This document shows positions 1 to 39,318 of a stretch of 64,000 bases of DNA, piece after piece (the stretch's first letter is position 1; each line of letters opens with the position of its first letter). A program made the translations under genes and the position numbers. The notes below the pieces were generated by a model, which made no database searches, was not told the DNA's origin, and saw only the letters and a list, made by a program, of their open reading frames with translations. The stretch comes from Chrysomallon squamiferum (taxonomy: Eukaryota > Animalia > Mollusca): assembly GCA_012295275.1 (NCBI GenBank), contig CM022671.1, forward strand, positions 24,738,001-24,802,000, written 5' to 3'.

Positions 1-24445
<24,445 letters not shown>

Positions 24446-25089
24446 GTTAAATATATAAATGGTAATAACAACAACTATAAACTGTTACGCGCTCATCATA
24501 GATATCTCTATCCCTTTGGTCACATCGTCTCTGACTCCTGTTTGTCGTTTTGACATTTCCGCCTCCGCATGTAAGCCGAACAACTCACTATGCCGGTGTT
24601 ACATCCAATAAAGGTCTGTAACAAAACCACAGCAAACATTGATTCAGTTCCAAGGCAATGATTAAATATACCATATATTTTAAATTGCGAGAGGTATTTT
24701 CAAAATATTTGAGTTCCTTGCAAACTTTTAAATACATCTGCTATATGATGTATCAATCCGCTGAAGAATCGGTGTTTAACCAAAATGACCACCAAGACAA
24801 AATGGACAGAGCTTGCGCATTAAAAATTGGAATAATAATATATATATAAAAATAATAATAATAAAAAATTAAAAAAAAAAAACCACACTAAAAAAAAAAA
24901 AAAAAACAAACAAACAAACAAACAAACAAACAAATAACAACAATAACAACAATAATAATAATATATAAAATAATAAAAAATTAAAAATAATAATATAATA
25001 ATAATAATAATAATAAATGAAAAATAATAAATAAATAAAATAAAATAATTTTACTTTTTTTTTTCGTATAGTCTAATTAATTAAACATG

Positions 25090-25143
<54 letters not shown>

Positions 25144-25673
25144 AAACATTCAAACTTTTAATGGATGAAAAAATCTACACATTTATTTTTAAGTGAATTT
25201 AATTTGAGGACACAAAAATGGTATGTTTGCTGAATAAGTCGAAAAGAAAAAAAAAAAAAGAACAATAGCTTTTACCAGGACTCCATAACAATGCACTCAA
25301 TGAAAACATACATGAAAATAATAAAACTGGCTACATACAGACAGGAAGATCTTCTGCTTACAATCTATAATGTATTTATTTATTTATTTATTTTTTTTTT
25401 TTTTTTTTACTGACACGTACACAATCACGTTTACTATAAATCATTCTTTTTACTTATTTTCTATTTAACAAATAACTTCTTTGTCATAAAAATTTAGAAC
25501 GAGGTCATTGTGACTTATACAAACTAATGTTATTTAAACTACTCGTTTGAAGGAATATAAAATATAGGAATATGAAACATTAAAGAACCTCTGGACGTCA
25601 CATATGCTGTTTTATCATTTTTTTTGCAGCATTAATGTTTAGTATATGAAACACTAATGAATGGTTCCATACT

Positions 25674-25716
<43 letters not shown>

Positions 25717-25774
25717 CCATACACACAGACACTAGCATACAAGACAAACAAAAATTAATTAATTAATTAATTAA

Positions 25775-25805
<31 letters not shown>

Positions 25806-26899
25806 AAGAAGAAAAGAAGAAGAGTAATAACAATAATAATAAATGGAAAGACAAAAAGGAAAAAGGAAATGTTTGACACCACTAAAATATTAAATAATAC
25901 ATGTATTTTTCAACACGATTTCAAAGGAGACAACTCACATTAATCTATGATAAAATGTCATGAGTTATTTCCCCTATTACATGTTAAAGTTATTAATACG
26001 TTATTAATACGTTTTTCCTTCCCAGGGCATTATATTAAAATCTGCCGTTGTGTCTAGGAAGTCGAAAGCAAACGATTATTTTTTATTCATTGCCTTTTAA
26101 CATTTCAATTTCCATGTATTTAATTAACTGCCGATCCGATGTTTGCTAAGAACTGATAACATCTGTACATTACCCAACATTAGTTATAAAGCAAACAAAA
26201 AGAAAAGTCAGCAAAACCGATCAATTATCATACAGGTGAAGGTGACAACATCAGAGTATAAAAGTAACACGTAATTACAGCCTGTTATCATAACAACAGT
26301 TGTAAGCGAAATTCTGTACTATAGCAGTATTCAACTGTTCCTGTTATAATGGTGTCAAAACATGTATGGAAAGGTTTTCAGCGTATTATCACTGTCTTTC
26401 CCATCGCTCCAGAAATTCTCTAATGATAATAAAATATCATAGAATGTAATATATTAATTTGATTTTTAAAACTGCTGCATTCTGTATTTCACTATTTAAT
26501 ATTATTTTTACAGACAACAAACGACATCTGCTCCGTGGAGACAACAACATTGTACAACATTCAGTGCAGGATACCGTTAATTATTCAAATTCGTCCTCTA
26601 AAATGGCCTTAATGGGATAAAAAAAAAAAAAAAAAATAATAATAATAATAATAATAATAACAAAAATAAAAACAAAAATCAAATCAAATCAAATACAACC
26701 TCGCTCATCATTTTATTTTGTGTGTGTGTGTGTGTGTATGTGTGTTGTGAGTGTGTGTAATAAAAAAATACAGTGTATATATTATTCTTTTCAAGTGAGT
26801 CATCGTTTTGTGCAGTAGAAAACTCGCAATCTTAAAAAGTATTTTTCGATTAGCTGAGAGGGCCCAAACGTTTTCAAGTATTTCGAGCTCCTTCAGGCA

Positions 26900-27060
26900 G
26901 TTAAACGTTTCTCTCCATAGCAGCAATGCATGATGGCTTTTTAATAATACCGACCGGAGCAAGGGATGTTTTACGTGCACTATGTCACAAACACGTACCA
27001 TGGTTTCAGCTGAATGGGTTGAGAGGCGGCCGACGTGACGGGGAATAAGGTGAATCTTAA
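26900..27060 (-). mobile_element. Degraded Meta/MESC-like SINE fragment, reverse orientation
   Basis: agcaagggatgttttacgtgcac...acacgtaccatgg is the reverse complement of the same core. Confidence 0.42.
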
Positions 27061-27580
27061 CGATAGCCGTGTGTATTTTGAAAAATATCATTTTACAAAA
27101 AAAAAAAAAAAAAAAAAAAACAGTCCAACGATAAAACTAAAAAAAAAAAAAAAAGGTAATACAACTATGACAAAGAAAACATGACATGTCTAACCCCGGG
27201 TCAGGGTATCAACAATAGGTGGTTCGTGTACAGCAATGTTTATGTTAATGAACTAGCGTGATCTCAGTCAGAGTTCAGTATCAGGGTTAGACAAACGATA
27301 ACACGACCGACAGCAGACTGATGTTTTCCAAGCAAGCACGTCCGAAATAGCGTGTTTTAAACTCCGCCACCTCTGGATAATAAATAAATAAATAAATAAA
27401 TAAATAAAACTAAAACAAAAAAAAAACAAAAAAAATTAAGAAGAAAACAAACAAAAAGATAAATACAAATAACCAAACAAACAACAACAACAAAAAAAAA
27501 AAAAAAAAAAACGAAAAAAACTCAACAACAAATTAAAACAAACAACAACAAAACATAGCATAGTCTATTTGACCTGCTCG

Positions 27581-27640
27581 CAGAGGCGTAGCTTTGGTTG
27601 CTAGCTCCCGGGACAAGGCAAGTATATCGCGCCCCCTAAC
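27581..27640 (+). mobile_element. Possible hAT-like terminal fragment
   Basis: CAGAGGCGTAGC...CCCGGGACAAGG...GCGCCCCC resembles non-autonomous hAT termini; no partner end found. Confidence 0.3.
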
Positions 27641-27722
27641 GAGCCATTCCCGAGCCCTTTCCAGTAGTTCAGTAGTTAACCTAAGATTTTTGCAACCGGG
27701 TCGTGTATGTACGTATTTATTT

Positions 27723-27753
<31 letters not shown>

Positions 27754-29323
27754 CTTATTGGCATAACATTCCTGAAGTCAGTAGATAATAATTACGACAT
27801 ATTTAAATTATTATATCGGGTAATGGAGTAAGGCAAATTACACTGACATTTTGTTTTTAAAATAAATTCATCGTCAAGTATCATTAATATATTTCATTCT
27901 CAGTCGGAGGCTACTTAAATTGAGAACTGTTTTTAAAACGTATCCGGTAATTTAGTTCTTTGCTGTTGTTGTTGTTGTTGTTTTTAAAATTATATTATTA
28001 CCTGTTACACTTTCTTTCTTTCTATCTTTCTTTTTTTTTTCTTTTTTTTTTTTTACTTTTAATTATAATATAATTTATATGCATTTGTTCGTACCTTCGT
28101 AAACCCACACATATCCATCAATCCATCAATATATAATCTGTCCATACATAAATTCATTCACAAATACATACATTCAAACATCCATCAATCAATCCGTACC
28201 ACTGAATATATATAAGTTAAAGATGATTTGTTTTTGATTATGTGTGATATCTTGTTTTATATCTTGTTCTGGCAGTTTGTTTCTGTTCATCCTTGTAACT
28301 TACAGTTGACGTTAATTTTGATGTTTAACAGATAAATATTTGACATTAGTATTATCAGACTTGTGTAAAGTAGAGAATTAAATACATCAAAATTTGCTCC
28401 AGATTTTTCTTGAAATTGTGTTGTCAGGGAACATGATTACTACTGTTCATACAGGGTTTTTGCGTGGAAATCTTTTAAATTATCAGTTTGTTCTCTAGGA
28501 CATGCGAAGAGATGTGTTAAATTTAATGGCTCATAATTTGTATTTTAATCCTACCTCTGTAGTGAAAAACTGATTTACAAACATGGCAGCATGTAATATA
28601 ATAGATATTATCTGTATACTTAGGTTATCTCGTGCATAGTTCTTCAATAAAATTAATTTGCTGACAAGTACGTGAACATTTTCAGTAGGCTCATGTTTTT
28701 GTAACCAAGTGATGTAATTCGTACTTGTTATTTTGTCGGTTATAATTTCTGTTCTCATGAGTGTTTATGCAAAAACAGTCTATATTTACAGTTTAAAAAT
28801 ATCGGTTATTTTATACTTGTTTATTGTTATGGAAACAGCTGTTATTATTATTTTTTTAATTTAATCTTACGTATATTTAACTGTAATTGTTATTTGTAAA
28901 GCAGAAAAAGTTATTTATCACTTAAACAAAGTGACTGGCCAAGGCCAGATAATAATTTGATATTATATTAATGCGTATGGGTACTCCCTTTGAAATTAAA
29001 TTAAAGAATAGATATGTTTACTGGCATACACACTTTTGATTACTAGTCATAAAGTATCGTGCAAATTACTTTATCCTTAAGACCTAGCTAATGTTTCAAC
29101 GAGCCTTTTTTTTTTTTTTTTTTTATAAAATTTTAATGATAGATTACATACGTCTAGGTGGTTAGAGGGGGAAAAAAAAAATTAAATCTGTGCAGCCACT
29201 ACCAATACCTATTTTCTGGTACCAAGACATCTAAATACGTAAATAATTAGGCATAAACATTTTAAAATTAAAAACATAAAGAAAATTGACGATACACAAA
29301 TGTGGCGACTCGACACGTAAACA

Positions 29324-29524
29324 ATGCGGCGAGTGAATGAACGCCACACGGCTTGAAAGAGCAGTTCCAAGCTGGTGAAGAAAACACCCGCGCGCACGAA
29401 CTATGAAAATAGCGTCGGGAAAAAAACTTTCGGTTTTCTGATCTTTCCGGATTGCAGGATGCCGAATAATGACCAGCCTGGAACTGCTCTTTCAAGCCGT
29501 GTGGCGTTCATTCACTCGCCGCAT
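29324..29524. repeat. GC-rich inverted repeat, MITE-like: 53-bp arms (1 mismatch), 95-bp loop
   Basis: 29324-29376 is the reverse complement of 29472-29524. Confidence 0.9.
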
Positions 29525-29527
29525 GTA

Positions 29528-29559
<32 letters not shown>

Positions 29560-29943
29560 CACACACACATGTATATGTATGTATATATGTATGTATGCGT
29601 ATGTGTATTTGTATATGTATATATATGGTATAAGTTTTGTTGGCTACATTATAAACAATATAACAAGTGCATTTAACCATAATATGTACAGAAACCACTT
29701 CATCAAGAAACTTACAACTTATCAATCTCCTTCATTTTATTTCTGTTATTGAGATGCCTGTACGTTCAACGGTTATATTGATAATTATTGAGCGCATACA
29801 TTACAACAGCCCTTTTCAGTTTTGTTTGTTCGACAACCAGATTATTTCCATCTGGCTCGACTAACAGATCTATATAAACCGAGAAGCAGAATACGCAAAT
29901 TAAATATTTTAGTATATGTTTTCTGTGCAAATAAAAACGCCTC

Positions 29944-30425
29944 ATGAAGCGGCAAACGATATTAGCAGTACAATTTAAACGAAAGTCTTTTCATTTAAGA
30001 CAAAACATTATTTACTTCATAGTCTGTCGATCTTACAAGCTTTGTCTTCTTGTAATATGTTTGTTTGGAATCATTGTCGCAGTGTTAAATTACGTGAATA
30101 GAGAAATTAATGATGGTTATTATGAGGAACAGTTAAATAATGTATGTGGCAACGAGAGTGTGAACTGGATTAAACAAATAGAAGAATACGATTTGAGTTT
30201 GACCTCACAAGTCTGGGTTTCCACCGACACGACTACCAACATTTCACTTTTTTCTGCATTTTACGACGTCGATGACAACAACCTGACACTCATTCGAATA
30301 ATCGGTGTTGGACTGGTTAAGGAAAAACATAAAGTTACATGTGTTATACAACTTTCTGACAAACTGACGTGTTTTGAAAATCGACGAGCTACTGTGGTAA
30401 TTATGCCAGAACAGCATGGGAAAAG
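29944..30425 (+). CDS. GT92/DUF23 glycosyltransferase first exon V1 (tail, TM, stem, WVSTDT...FSAFYD...IRIIG)
   Basis: Type II TM segment; xSAxYD motif typical of the GT92 N-terminal region; phase-2 donor AG|gtaaa; joined to C1 gives 456 aa. Confidence 0.82.
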
Positions 30426-32907
30426 GTAAAATTTTAGTGGTTATCGATGAGAATATAAAATGCATATAAATTTTATCGTTTAAATTGTCCCTTTGATACG
30501 AAGAAATGGCCTTAATGTGTTCTGCATACTTAGAAATTATCGTTTATTTGTGGTTTGCCATCCAACTGTAATTAATAACTAAGTACAAGAATAAAACAGA
30601 CAAGTTTAAAATAATTATTGATTTTGTCGTAACTTCATCGCATACAGAGCGGACCGATTTACAGTAAAGTTTATTTTAGTGTTGTCAGAACAACCAACCA
30701 CCCCTAAAAAAAAAAAAAAAAAAAAAATTATCATACCAGCGTCAACGTTATGCAAAAAGCTCCAGCTGTGGAAACAGCAACTTAGTCAGGTGTAAAACTC
30801 CTAACATATAAATAACAGGTATCAAATTATGTTATCGTTCTCTTGGATCTTTGTTAGCTTGAAAGAGAGATATAATTCCTTTATCGAAGTTTTTAAAAAG
30901 AACAGATATGTATCCAGTATCAAAAAGGCTACGTACTTTAAATAACAAGCTTGTAAATTTCAACTGTAGTTGTAAATTATTATATTATATTACATACATT
31001 ATTTAACTGTTCCTCATAATTAAAATGTTTGATCATTATTATTATTGTTGTGTTCGCACACAGAAACAAACAAGCATTTACAAGTTCTGTAGTTCCGTCT
31101 GTTAATGAAATAAGTACGTAAAATTAATCTAAACTGCCAGATATATGAAGAAAAAAACCCCCTCAACATTCACAAAGAAAATTATTGTTAATATAAATAT
31201 ATAATTAACCCCAAGGCACCTGATATACGTAAACTTACGTTGGTGTTTCCCACACTTTAAAAAAATGCTTGCGAAATAGAATTTTACTCGATGTTGCTTC
31301 TTTTTACGCAGTATCTGTTCTTAAACGAGTTTAAATTACATTTCACATTTGCGAAGAGAACGTGCATTATCTTACTTTGATAAAAGAGCTAAAAGTATCT
31401 GTGTTTATAACGAAAGATATTTATATATTTGTTTTGTAGACTGTTCGCGTCAAGTATCGTTTTATGTGCTCGAAAGTCAGAGCGCGTCTGCTGATGATTG
31501 GAACTTGCTTTCTTTTATTGTTTTAAACTCCAACTTACACAGACGTTTCACATTCTGTTTTCAATTAGAATGTTCTCGCTGACAGTATGGGTCGACTGTG
31601 AGCTACGTGCAAACGTCCTACGTATAATATATCCGATATAAGCTTAGATAAAAGTTTTTAATGTGTATTATAATTAAAAATGCATTGACTTTATTTACGC
31701 AGTCTGTTTCTTTTTGTTTTAACATACACCACTGTAAGGGCTTGGTTAATTTTAAATGATCATACAATCCCGAAGGTGAATAATTTTTTTTTTTTTTTTT
31801 TAAATTGCATTATTATATGAATCATATTCTGAGTATGTAGAGCCCTACTGGCATAAATTTAAATCTAATCTGTATTTTGTTTATACTGTCTCTATTGGCA
31901 ACTTTTCTGCTGTGATGTATGCCATGTATGCCATGCATACGATATAATATAACAAAGATAAAATATACTACTTTAATTACAGTAAAAATTCACTGATCTT
32001 TCTTTATGTTTTCATAAACCCCTCTAAATCATTTAGAATAAAAAAACTGGCCAGAACATGTTTTAAATTAGGAAGATATATCTTGCAAAAAGTAGAAAAA
32101 TCGTGATTCTTTCTGTAAATTCCAGTGTAAATTAAATATAAATATAAATCCAAATTTCATATTGCTAGATACATTTGGTTTACAGTTATAGCTATTTGCT
32201 TGTCACTAGTTTCTAAATTTTATTTTATAATATTTTATTTATTTATTTTTTATTAATAAATTTATTTATTATGTTTTATATATTCCCAGAGTTAAAGAAT
32301 GCATACGGACATTATTATCTGTAAATTATGTTTTATATGTAGAATGATGAAGTTTCACATATGTAACGTTAATACTATAAAGAAACGACCAACTATTTTC
32401 ATATTTTAGTAGCAAAAGATTTCATACGTCCTGTTTGTAAAACAAAAAAAGAAAAAGGAAAAAAGAAAGGTATGCGGATATTTAAAATGATTAATCTTGT
32501 GACCTTACGCGAAAGAGCCCGGGGCTGATTTAACAGGGCCCATTAAATAAAAGACATGCAAGAAGCATACATTTCTATGAATCATACCAGTCTGAGTGTT
32601 GTTTGTCTTATTTCATATGAACGAACAGAGGAGTTTCATTTGTTTCCACGAGCGTTTAGATATATAGCTACAACAATGAGTGCAGAGTTGAAAATTATCT
32701 GTATTACAGTTTAATCGGTGAGCCTATCGCTTAATCATGGTTCGGCGAATGAGTAGTAGAGTAGTGAGAAAAAAGAAATGCGATGACCAGATTTGTTTGT
32801 GCGCACACTTTGACTTTTGCTAGTCAGTTTTAAATAATCCGATTAAGGAGCAATCTAAATTAATTGAAAGACATTTTGGGAAATTACTGTGTTTTATAAA
32901 TGTCTAA

Positions 32908-33356
32908 ATGATTAATTCATATCGTTCTGCCAAGCTGTATTTTATTTTTATATGCTTTTTGGGGCTTGTTATCTCAATATTATATTATGCGAACATAGAA
33001 ACTATCATAAAAGGATATTATCGCGAAGGAATTTTATTTTCTAAGAACCATTACTACGAACAGTCATTTCATTTATGTGGAAAAAACAGTATAAAATGGA
33101 TTAAACAAATAGAAAAAGAAGATCTGAACTTGACGTCACGAACCTGGGTTCCTACCGACACCAGTACCAACATTTCAGTTTTTTCTGCATTTTACGACGT
33201 CGACGACAACAACCTGACACTCATACGAATAATCGGTGCTGGATTAACGAAGGAAAAACATAATGTTACATGTGCTATACAACTTTTTGATAATCTGACG
33301 TGTTTTGAAAATCGACCAGCTACTGTGGTAATTATGCCAGATCACCATGGGAAAAG
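32908..33356 (+). CDS. GT92 first exon V2
   Basis: Intact ORF with TM and FSAFYD; donor AG|gtaaag. Confidence 0.82.
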
Positions 33357-33492
33357 GTAAAGAATGGTGCTAAAGTTTCTAATTTATATTCATCTCTACT
33401 AATAAGCTTGTTAAAACATAAGAATTGATAACTTTATAAAAAGTGGATATAGAGAGCTATGAGCTATTATTATATGACATATATATCCACAA

Positions 33493-33537
<45 letters not shown>

Positions 33538-33634
33538 TGATGATGATGATGATAATCAAGTTGGTTATTATAGGAGTAATGGTAATAACAATAATATTTT
33601 GGTATTCTTAATATTATTTCTTTTATTTGTTATA

Positions 33635-33674
<40 letters not shown>

Positions 33675-33801
33675 TAAATTATATGATTATTATCTGGTGA
33701 CATCAGAAACCAGGTTGTGTCAGTCACTGTGGAGTGCATTTTGATATTATCTGAAGTATACATTTCAGTATTAGCATTGTCAGTGTTATATACCAATTCT
33801 G

Positions 33802-34575
33802 TATGCTCAACGAAAAAAGTTTAGCAAGTTTGTGTAAATGATTGCTGCTTCATAAATAAATTAAAATAAAGTGAATAAAACTGGGTAATATGTTAGTTGA
33901 ATGTGCCCTATCGCCTTGGGTAATGAAAATAACATCATTTGTCGTTTGTGTACTGTACGTACAATCGCGCTGCGTTCGTTCTGTCGCAGAAGTGCGTGCC
34001 GTTCCATTCCTGCAGAATCTTTCTGTTTCAACATGACAAAGCCAGTCCACACACCGCTAGGCTATCCACTAATCTTACTGAGCGGAACAGCATCCAGGTG
34101 TTGAACTGGCCACCAAAGTCCTCTGACTTGTCCCCAGTTGAGCATGCATGGGATCTACTGGGTCGTAGGGTTCGCGAAAACCACCCTCATATCCTTAATG
34201 TCCATGATCCGCAAATTGCTCTGAACCCGGAATCGAACGCAATTACTGATGCTGAGATTAAAGAAGCACGAGACGAAGATGTGCTGCTGTCATTAGTGCC
34301 GATGGTGCACACACAAGTTATTGAGCCTCATACACCATTTAGTAGATGTACCCTCAGTTTCATCAGTTGACATTAAAGAAACGACGTTGACACCGTGACA
34401 ATGTGTTACTGCTGGCTACATTCAGAAATGCTGTATCAGTGAAATAATGTGAATAAATACATACAACATCCAGTCAGGTTTCTGTATTTATAATGTGAAT
34501 AAATACATTCAACATCCAATCAGGTTTCTGTATTTCATACCTTGTAAGTAATTGCAAAACTTACATGCACAGAAT
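33802..34575 (+). mobile_element. Internally deleted Tc1 (DD34E) transposon remnant
   Basis: FQHDKASPHTAR...WPPKSSDLSPVEHAWDLLGRRV with exactly 34 residues between D and E; N-terminal part absent; ends approximate. Confidence 0.85.
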
Positions 34576-35761
34576 GTATTCAGACAAAGAGTCGAACTGT
34601 CATATTCAGCTGTTACTTGCTACTAATCAATATGTTTTTACATGATTATGTCATTATATTTCATATACAAATGCCTAAGTCATTGCTGTGAACTGGAAAT
34701 TGTAACAAATAAATGAATAAGAAAAGGTTATGTTATATATGTATGCTTATAGACATGAATATCCCAAAACGAGCATAGATACAAAAGTTCATATGGATGT
34801 ACATTCATGCATGTGTAAGAACGTAAATTTAACAACTACTACTACCACTACTAGTACCTCTACTGCAATGGTTATTACTACAGCTACTGCTATTACTACT
34901 AATAATAATGAAATGAAACAATGTTGTTTTTTATCGTAAGACAATTCTGATATGATTTTACATCGTATACCACCTTTATCATTTTATCAGCTGTTGTTTA
35001 GTCGATATAGCATTGTATTCTTAAACCCATTTCACATAACTTTACTTGCTGAAAGAGAACTGCGTGGATACTCGATAACAACTAGTGCCCAGAGACCGAT
35101 TTATCAATGGCCGAGGTTTGTGAATAACTAATTAAAAAAATTCTGAATATGTGCCAGATTTACGTATGGGCTGAGCCGGGGGGTGCCATACTTTTAAAGG
35201 GCCTTGGCCTCCTGTCAAATTAAAAAAAAAAAAAAATTAAAATTGATTTTGTATGCAGCCTGGATGTAAGTGCCCTGTGTGGACATCTTAATTAATACCA
35301 TACGTATTAAAATAGTTACACCAATGGCTACCTATACGATTAAGACCGAATACTATATTTTACACGAAAGCAATATATTTCGATCTTTAATAGTTAAATA
35401 GTCCAATAGCAATTCTGTAAATCCTGCTACCTATAACGGTTTAGACTGCTACTTATCAGCAGCGGAATGTGTAAGTCTTAACAGTGAACTGGCAATTTTG
35501 AATATTCTGTTTAAAAGCTAGTCTGTCTAAGATTTCTGAAACAACGTGTTAACTTGACATTTGTAAAGTGTAAAATTTCGCTGTGGTATAGATAAAGTTT
35601 ATCTCAATGATTAAGGTTATCTCTTCTGAATATTCAGTGTACAATATGCGTGTGTTTACAGAGTCGTGTTTATATTTGTATGTTTGCATGTGGTTCTGTC
35701 TGAATTAAGTTAATTTAAACGAGTTTTCGAGTATTGTAGGAAAACAATGAACGCAAATAAC

Positions 35762-35815
<54 letters not shown>

Positions 35816-36924
35816 GATGATGATGTTGAGGTTGTTGATGATGATGATAATGATGATAGTCTCGGTGAAATCAGATTATCTGGCTGATTTAAATGCCACA
35901 TGCTTTCAGGTTCATATATACAATTTTATTTTATTTTATTGACAAATCTTTGCTGCTAATAAAATATTACAACAGTACAATTCGCCCCAGTAATAGGTAG
36001 ATAGATAGACAGATTAAAAAATAAAATAAATAAAATAAAATAAAATAAAATAAATAAAATAAATAAATAATTACAACAATATATAAATAAATAAATAACT
36101 ATTTTTTTGTATCCCTTATGGTGTCATATCATTGATATCTGAAAGGTGAGAACAACCGTTTCTAGCGGAGCAGCTGTCCAAATATTTATATATAAATCAC
36201 AACAAATTAACTGCATGTCGCAGAAAAATAAGCACACATTTTGAATCTTATTTTCTAATTATAATAATTATCAGTTCACCGCATGACCACAAAATTAACA
36301 TTTCAAAATATATTAGGACATGTTTTTCATTACTGTCATACTTTATTTTTAGCAAATAATTCTAAATTATTTATTCACTGTTCGTCAAACTTATATTGCA
36401 ATTTTGTACAATAAACAAACAACTGTCACACTACTTTGAAACTGGATCTTAATTCTACAGTTGATGCTAAACTTCTGTTATGCGCTAGTATTAAACGTAT
36501 AACTGTTGCTATACTTTATCAAAAAATTGTCTGGCCATATGTTACGAAGTAAACAAGCACTGGTTTTGAATAGCTCATAAAGTGCAAATTAAACAATACT
36601 GTTTTGGTGTAAACTTCAGCATTGTTTGCATTTGTGATTAGGCTGGGCCGTTGCGTTTAAACAATTTGAACTGATTTATTTAGATATTAAACAAACTATG
36701 CAGCTACTGGGACAGTTTACGCATGTAAGAAAGGACAGATTCAGGAAACCGCTTTCCTGTGTACAACTTACTACCAGACGTGAGTAGGACTCAGCTTGAT
36801 GATGATAAATTATCTGTCAGAAACAAAAGTCATTTATTTCCTCTCCGACTGACAGCAGATGTTCATAACAACAGATTGTCAGTTCTTTAGTACTTGTTTA
36901 GCTAATCTCCTACACTTTATCTCA

Positions 36925-36956
<32 letters not shown>

Positions 36957-37481
36957 GATTTTATTTATTTATTTAGTTATTTCTTTCTTTATTTTACTTT
37001 TATTGTTTTATTTCTTCCTTTCCTTAGGAATAGTTTTAATTATTAATATTCATAAATTCAAAAAGATGAGTTAGCTTTGATCAGCTGTATTGATTGACCA
37101 TCTGTGTAAGTTAAAGATAATATTGTTGAATTTTGTTTTCTGTTGATTTCAGTGTATTTTGTATTTTTAAACTTTTTTAATTTATGATTTTATAAAAAAA
37201 AAAAAGAAAAGAAGAAGAAGAAGAATTTATTGCTGTTTATGAGTTTTATTCTCACCAATTTGATCTCATGTCATAGCTAAATTATTCTCAGTTGTTTAAA
37301 AACGATATGATTATCTGATTTTTTAAGCTCAACAGACGGATATAGCTGAAGAAAAGTTCTTACGCAAGTTTAAATTAATTGTTGTAAAAACAAGTGCATA
37401 AACCGTCATTTTATTTAAGCCATTAAATATGTTTTTTCAGTCTGATCACCTCCACAGAAATGATTAACAGTCCTGTTATTA

Positions 37482-37537
<56 letters not shown>

Positions 37538-37845
37538 TTAATTAGATACATTTTGTTTATTTACCTAAGAACTTTTCGTCATGATTAACGTTTTATGCCA
37601 TTTATTTAACTAAATGAACTAAAATATTTACTTGTATTAACAATAATTAGCATTTAATATGTTTTATATGCATAGCAGTTTCAGCTGAAATATGGTGAAC
37701 AGGTTTCTACATGAATTGTGGACAAGGTTTAAAGTTTATGAGTTTTCAGTTTTGAGCTGAGGTAATTTAATAATCAACAGGTGCAAGGGTAAACAGGATG
37801 TATCAATTTCTGTTCTTCAGCCTACCTGGTTTACCTCAGTGAAAT

Positions 37846-37944
<99 letters not shown>

Positions 37945-39318
37945 GCTGATGATTGGAACTTGCTTTCTTTTATTGTTTTAAACTCCAACTTACACAGACG
38001 TTTCACATTCTGTTTTCAATTAGAATGTTCTCGCTGACAGTATGGGTCGACTGTGAGCTACGTGCAAACGTCCTACGTATAATATATCCGATATAAGCTT
38101 AGATAAAAGTTTTTAATGTGTAATATAATTAAAAATGCATTGACTTTATTTAAGCAATCTGTTTCTTTTTGTTTTAACATACACCACTGTAAGGGCTTGG
38201 TTAATTTTAAATGATCATACAATCCCGAAGGTGAATATTTTTTTTTTTTTTTTTAAATTGCATTATAATATGAATCATATTCTGAGTATGTAGAGCCCTA
38301 CTGGCATAAATTTAAATCTAATCTGTATATTGTTTATACTGTCTCTATTGGCAACTTTTCTGCTGTGATGTATGCCATGTATGCCATGCATACGATATAA
38401 TATAACAAAGATAAAATATACTACTTTAAATACAGTAAAAATTCACTGATCTTTTTTTATGTTTTCATAAACCCCTCTAAATCATTTAGAATAAAAAAAA
38501 CTGGCCAGAACATGTTTTAAATTAGGAAGATATATCTTGCAAAAAGTCGAAAAATCGTGATTCTTTCTGTAAATTCCAGTGTAAATTAAATATAAATATA
38601 AATCCAAATTTCATATTGCTAGATACATTTGGTTTACAGTTATAGCTATTTGCTTGTCACTAGTTTCTAAATTTTATTTTATAATATTTTATTTATTTAT
38701 TTTTTATTAATAAATTTATTTATTATGTTTTATATATTCCCAGAGTTAAAGAATGCATAAGGACATTATTATCTGTAAATTATGTTTTATATGTAGAATG
38801 ATGAAGTTTCACATATGTAACGTTAATACTATAAAGAAACGACCAACTATTTTCATATTTTAGTAGCAAAAGATTTCATACGTCCTGTTTGTAAAACAAA
38901 AAAAGAAAAAGGAAAAAAGAAAGGTATGCGGATATTTAAAATGATTAATCTTGTGACCTTACGCGAAAGAGCCCGGGGCTGATTTAACAGGGCCCATTAA
39001 ATAAAAGAGACGCAAGAAGCATACATTTCTATGAATCATACCAGTCTGAGTGTTGTTTGTCTTATATTTAGATATATAGCTACAACAATGAGTGCAACGT
39101 TGAAAATTATCTGTATTACAGTTTAATCGGTGAGCCTAACGGTTAATTATGGTTCGGCGAATGAGTAGTAGAGTAGTGAGAAAAAGAAATGCGATGACCA
39201 GATTTGTTTGTGCGCACACTTTGACTTTTGCTAGTCAGTGTTAAATAATCCGATGCAGGAGCAATCTCAATTAACTGAAAGACATTTTGGGAAATTATTG
39301 TGTTTTATAAATGTCTAA

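Noticed and set aside
26708-27091. 127-aa minus-strand ORF
   Set aside because: No recognisable domain; overlaps a SINE-like core and runs into a (CA)n tract.
30426-30429. In-frame TAA right after every V exon, suggesting stand-alone 150-200 aa membrane proteins
   Set aside because: An automatic consequence of a phase-2 GTAA donor; the frames join the catalytic exons correctly.
33939-34370. Active transposase gene
   Set aside because: Only the C-terminal D34E half is present; no DNA-binding domain or first catalytic Asp; copy 1 has a frameshifting deletion.
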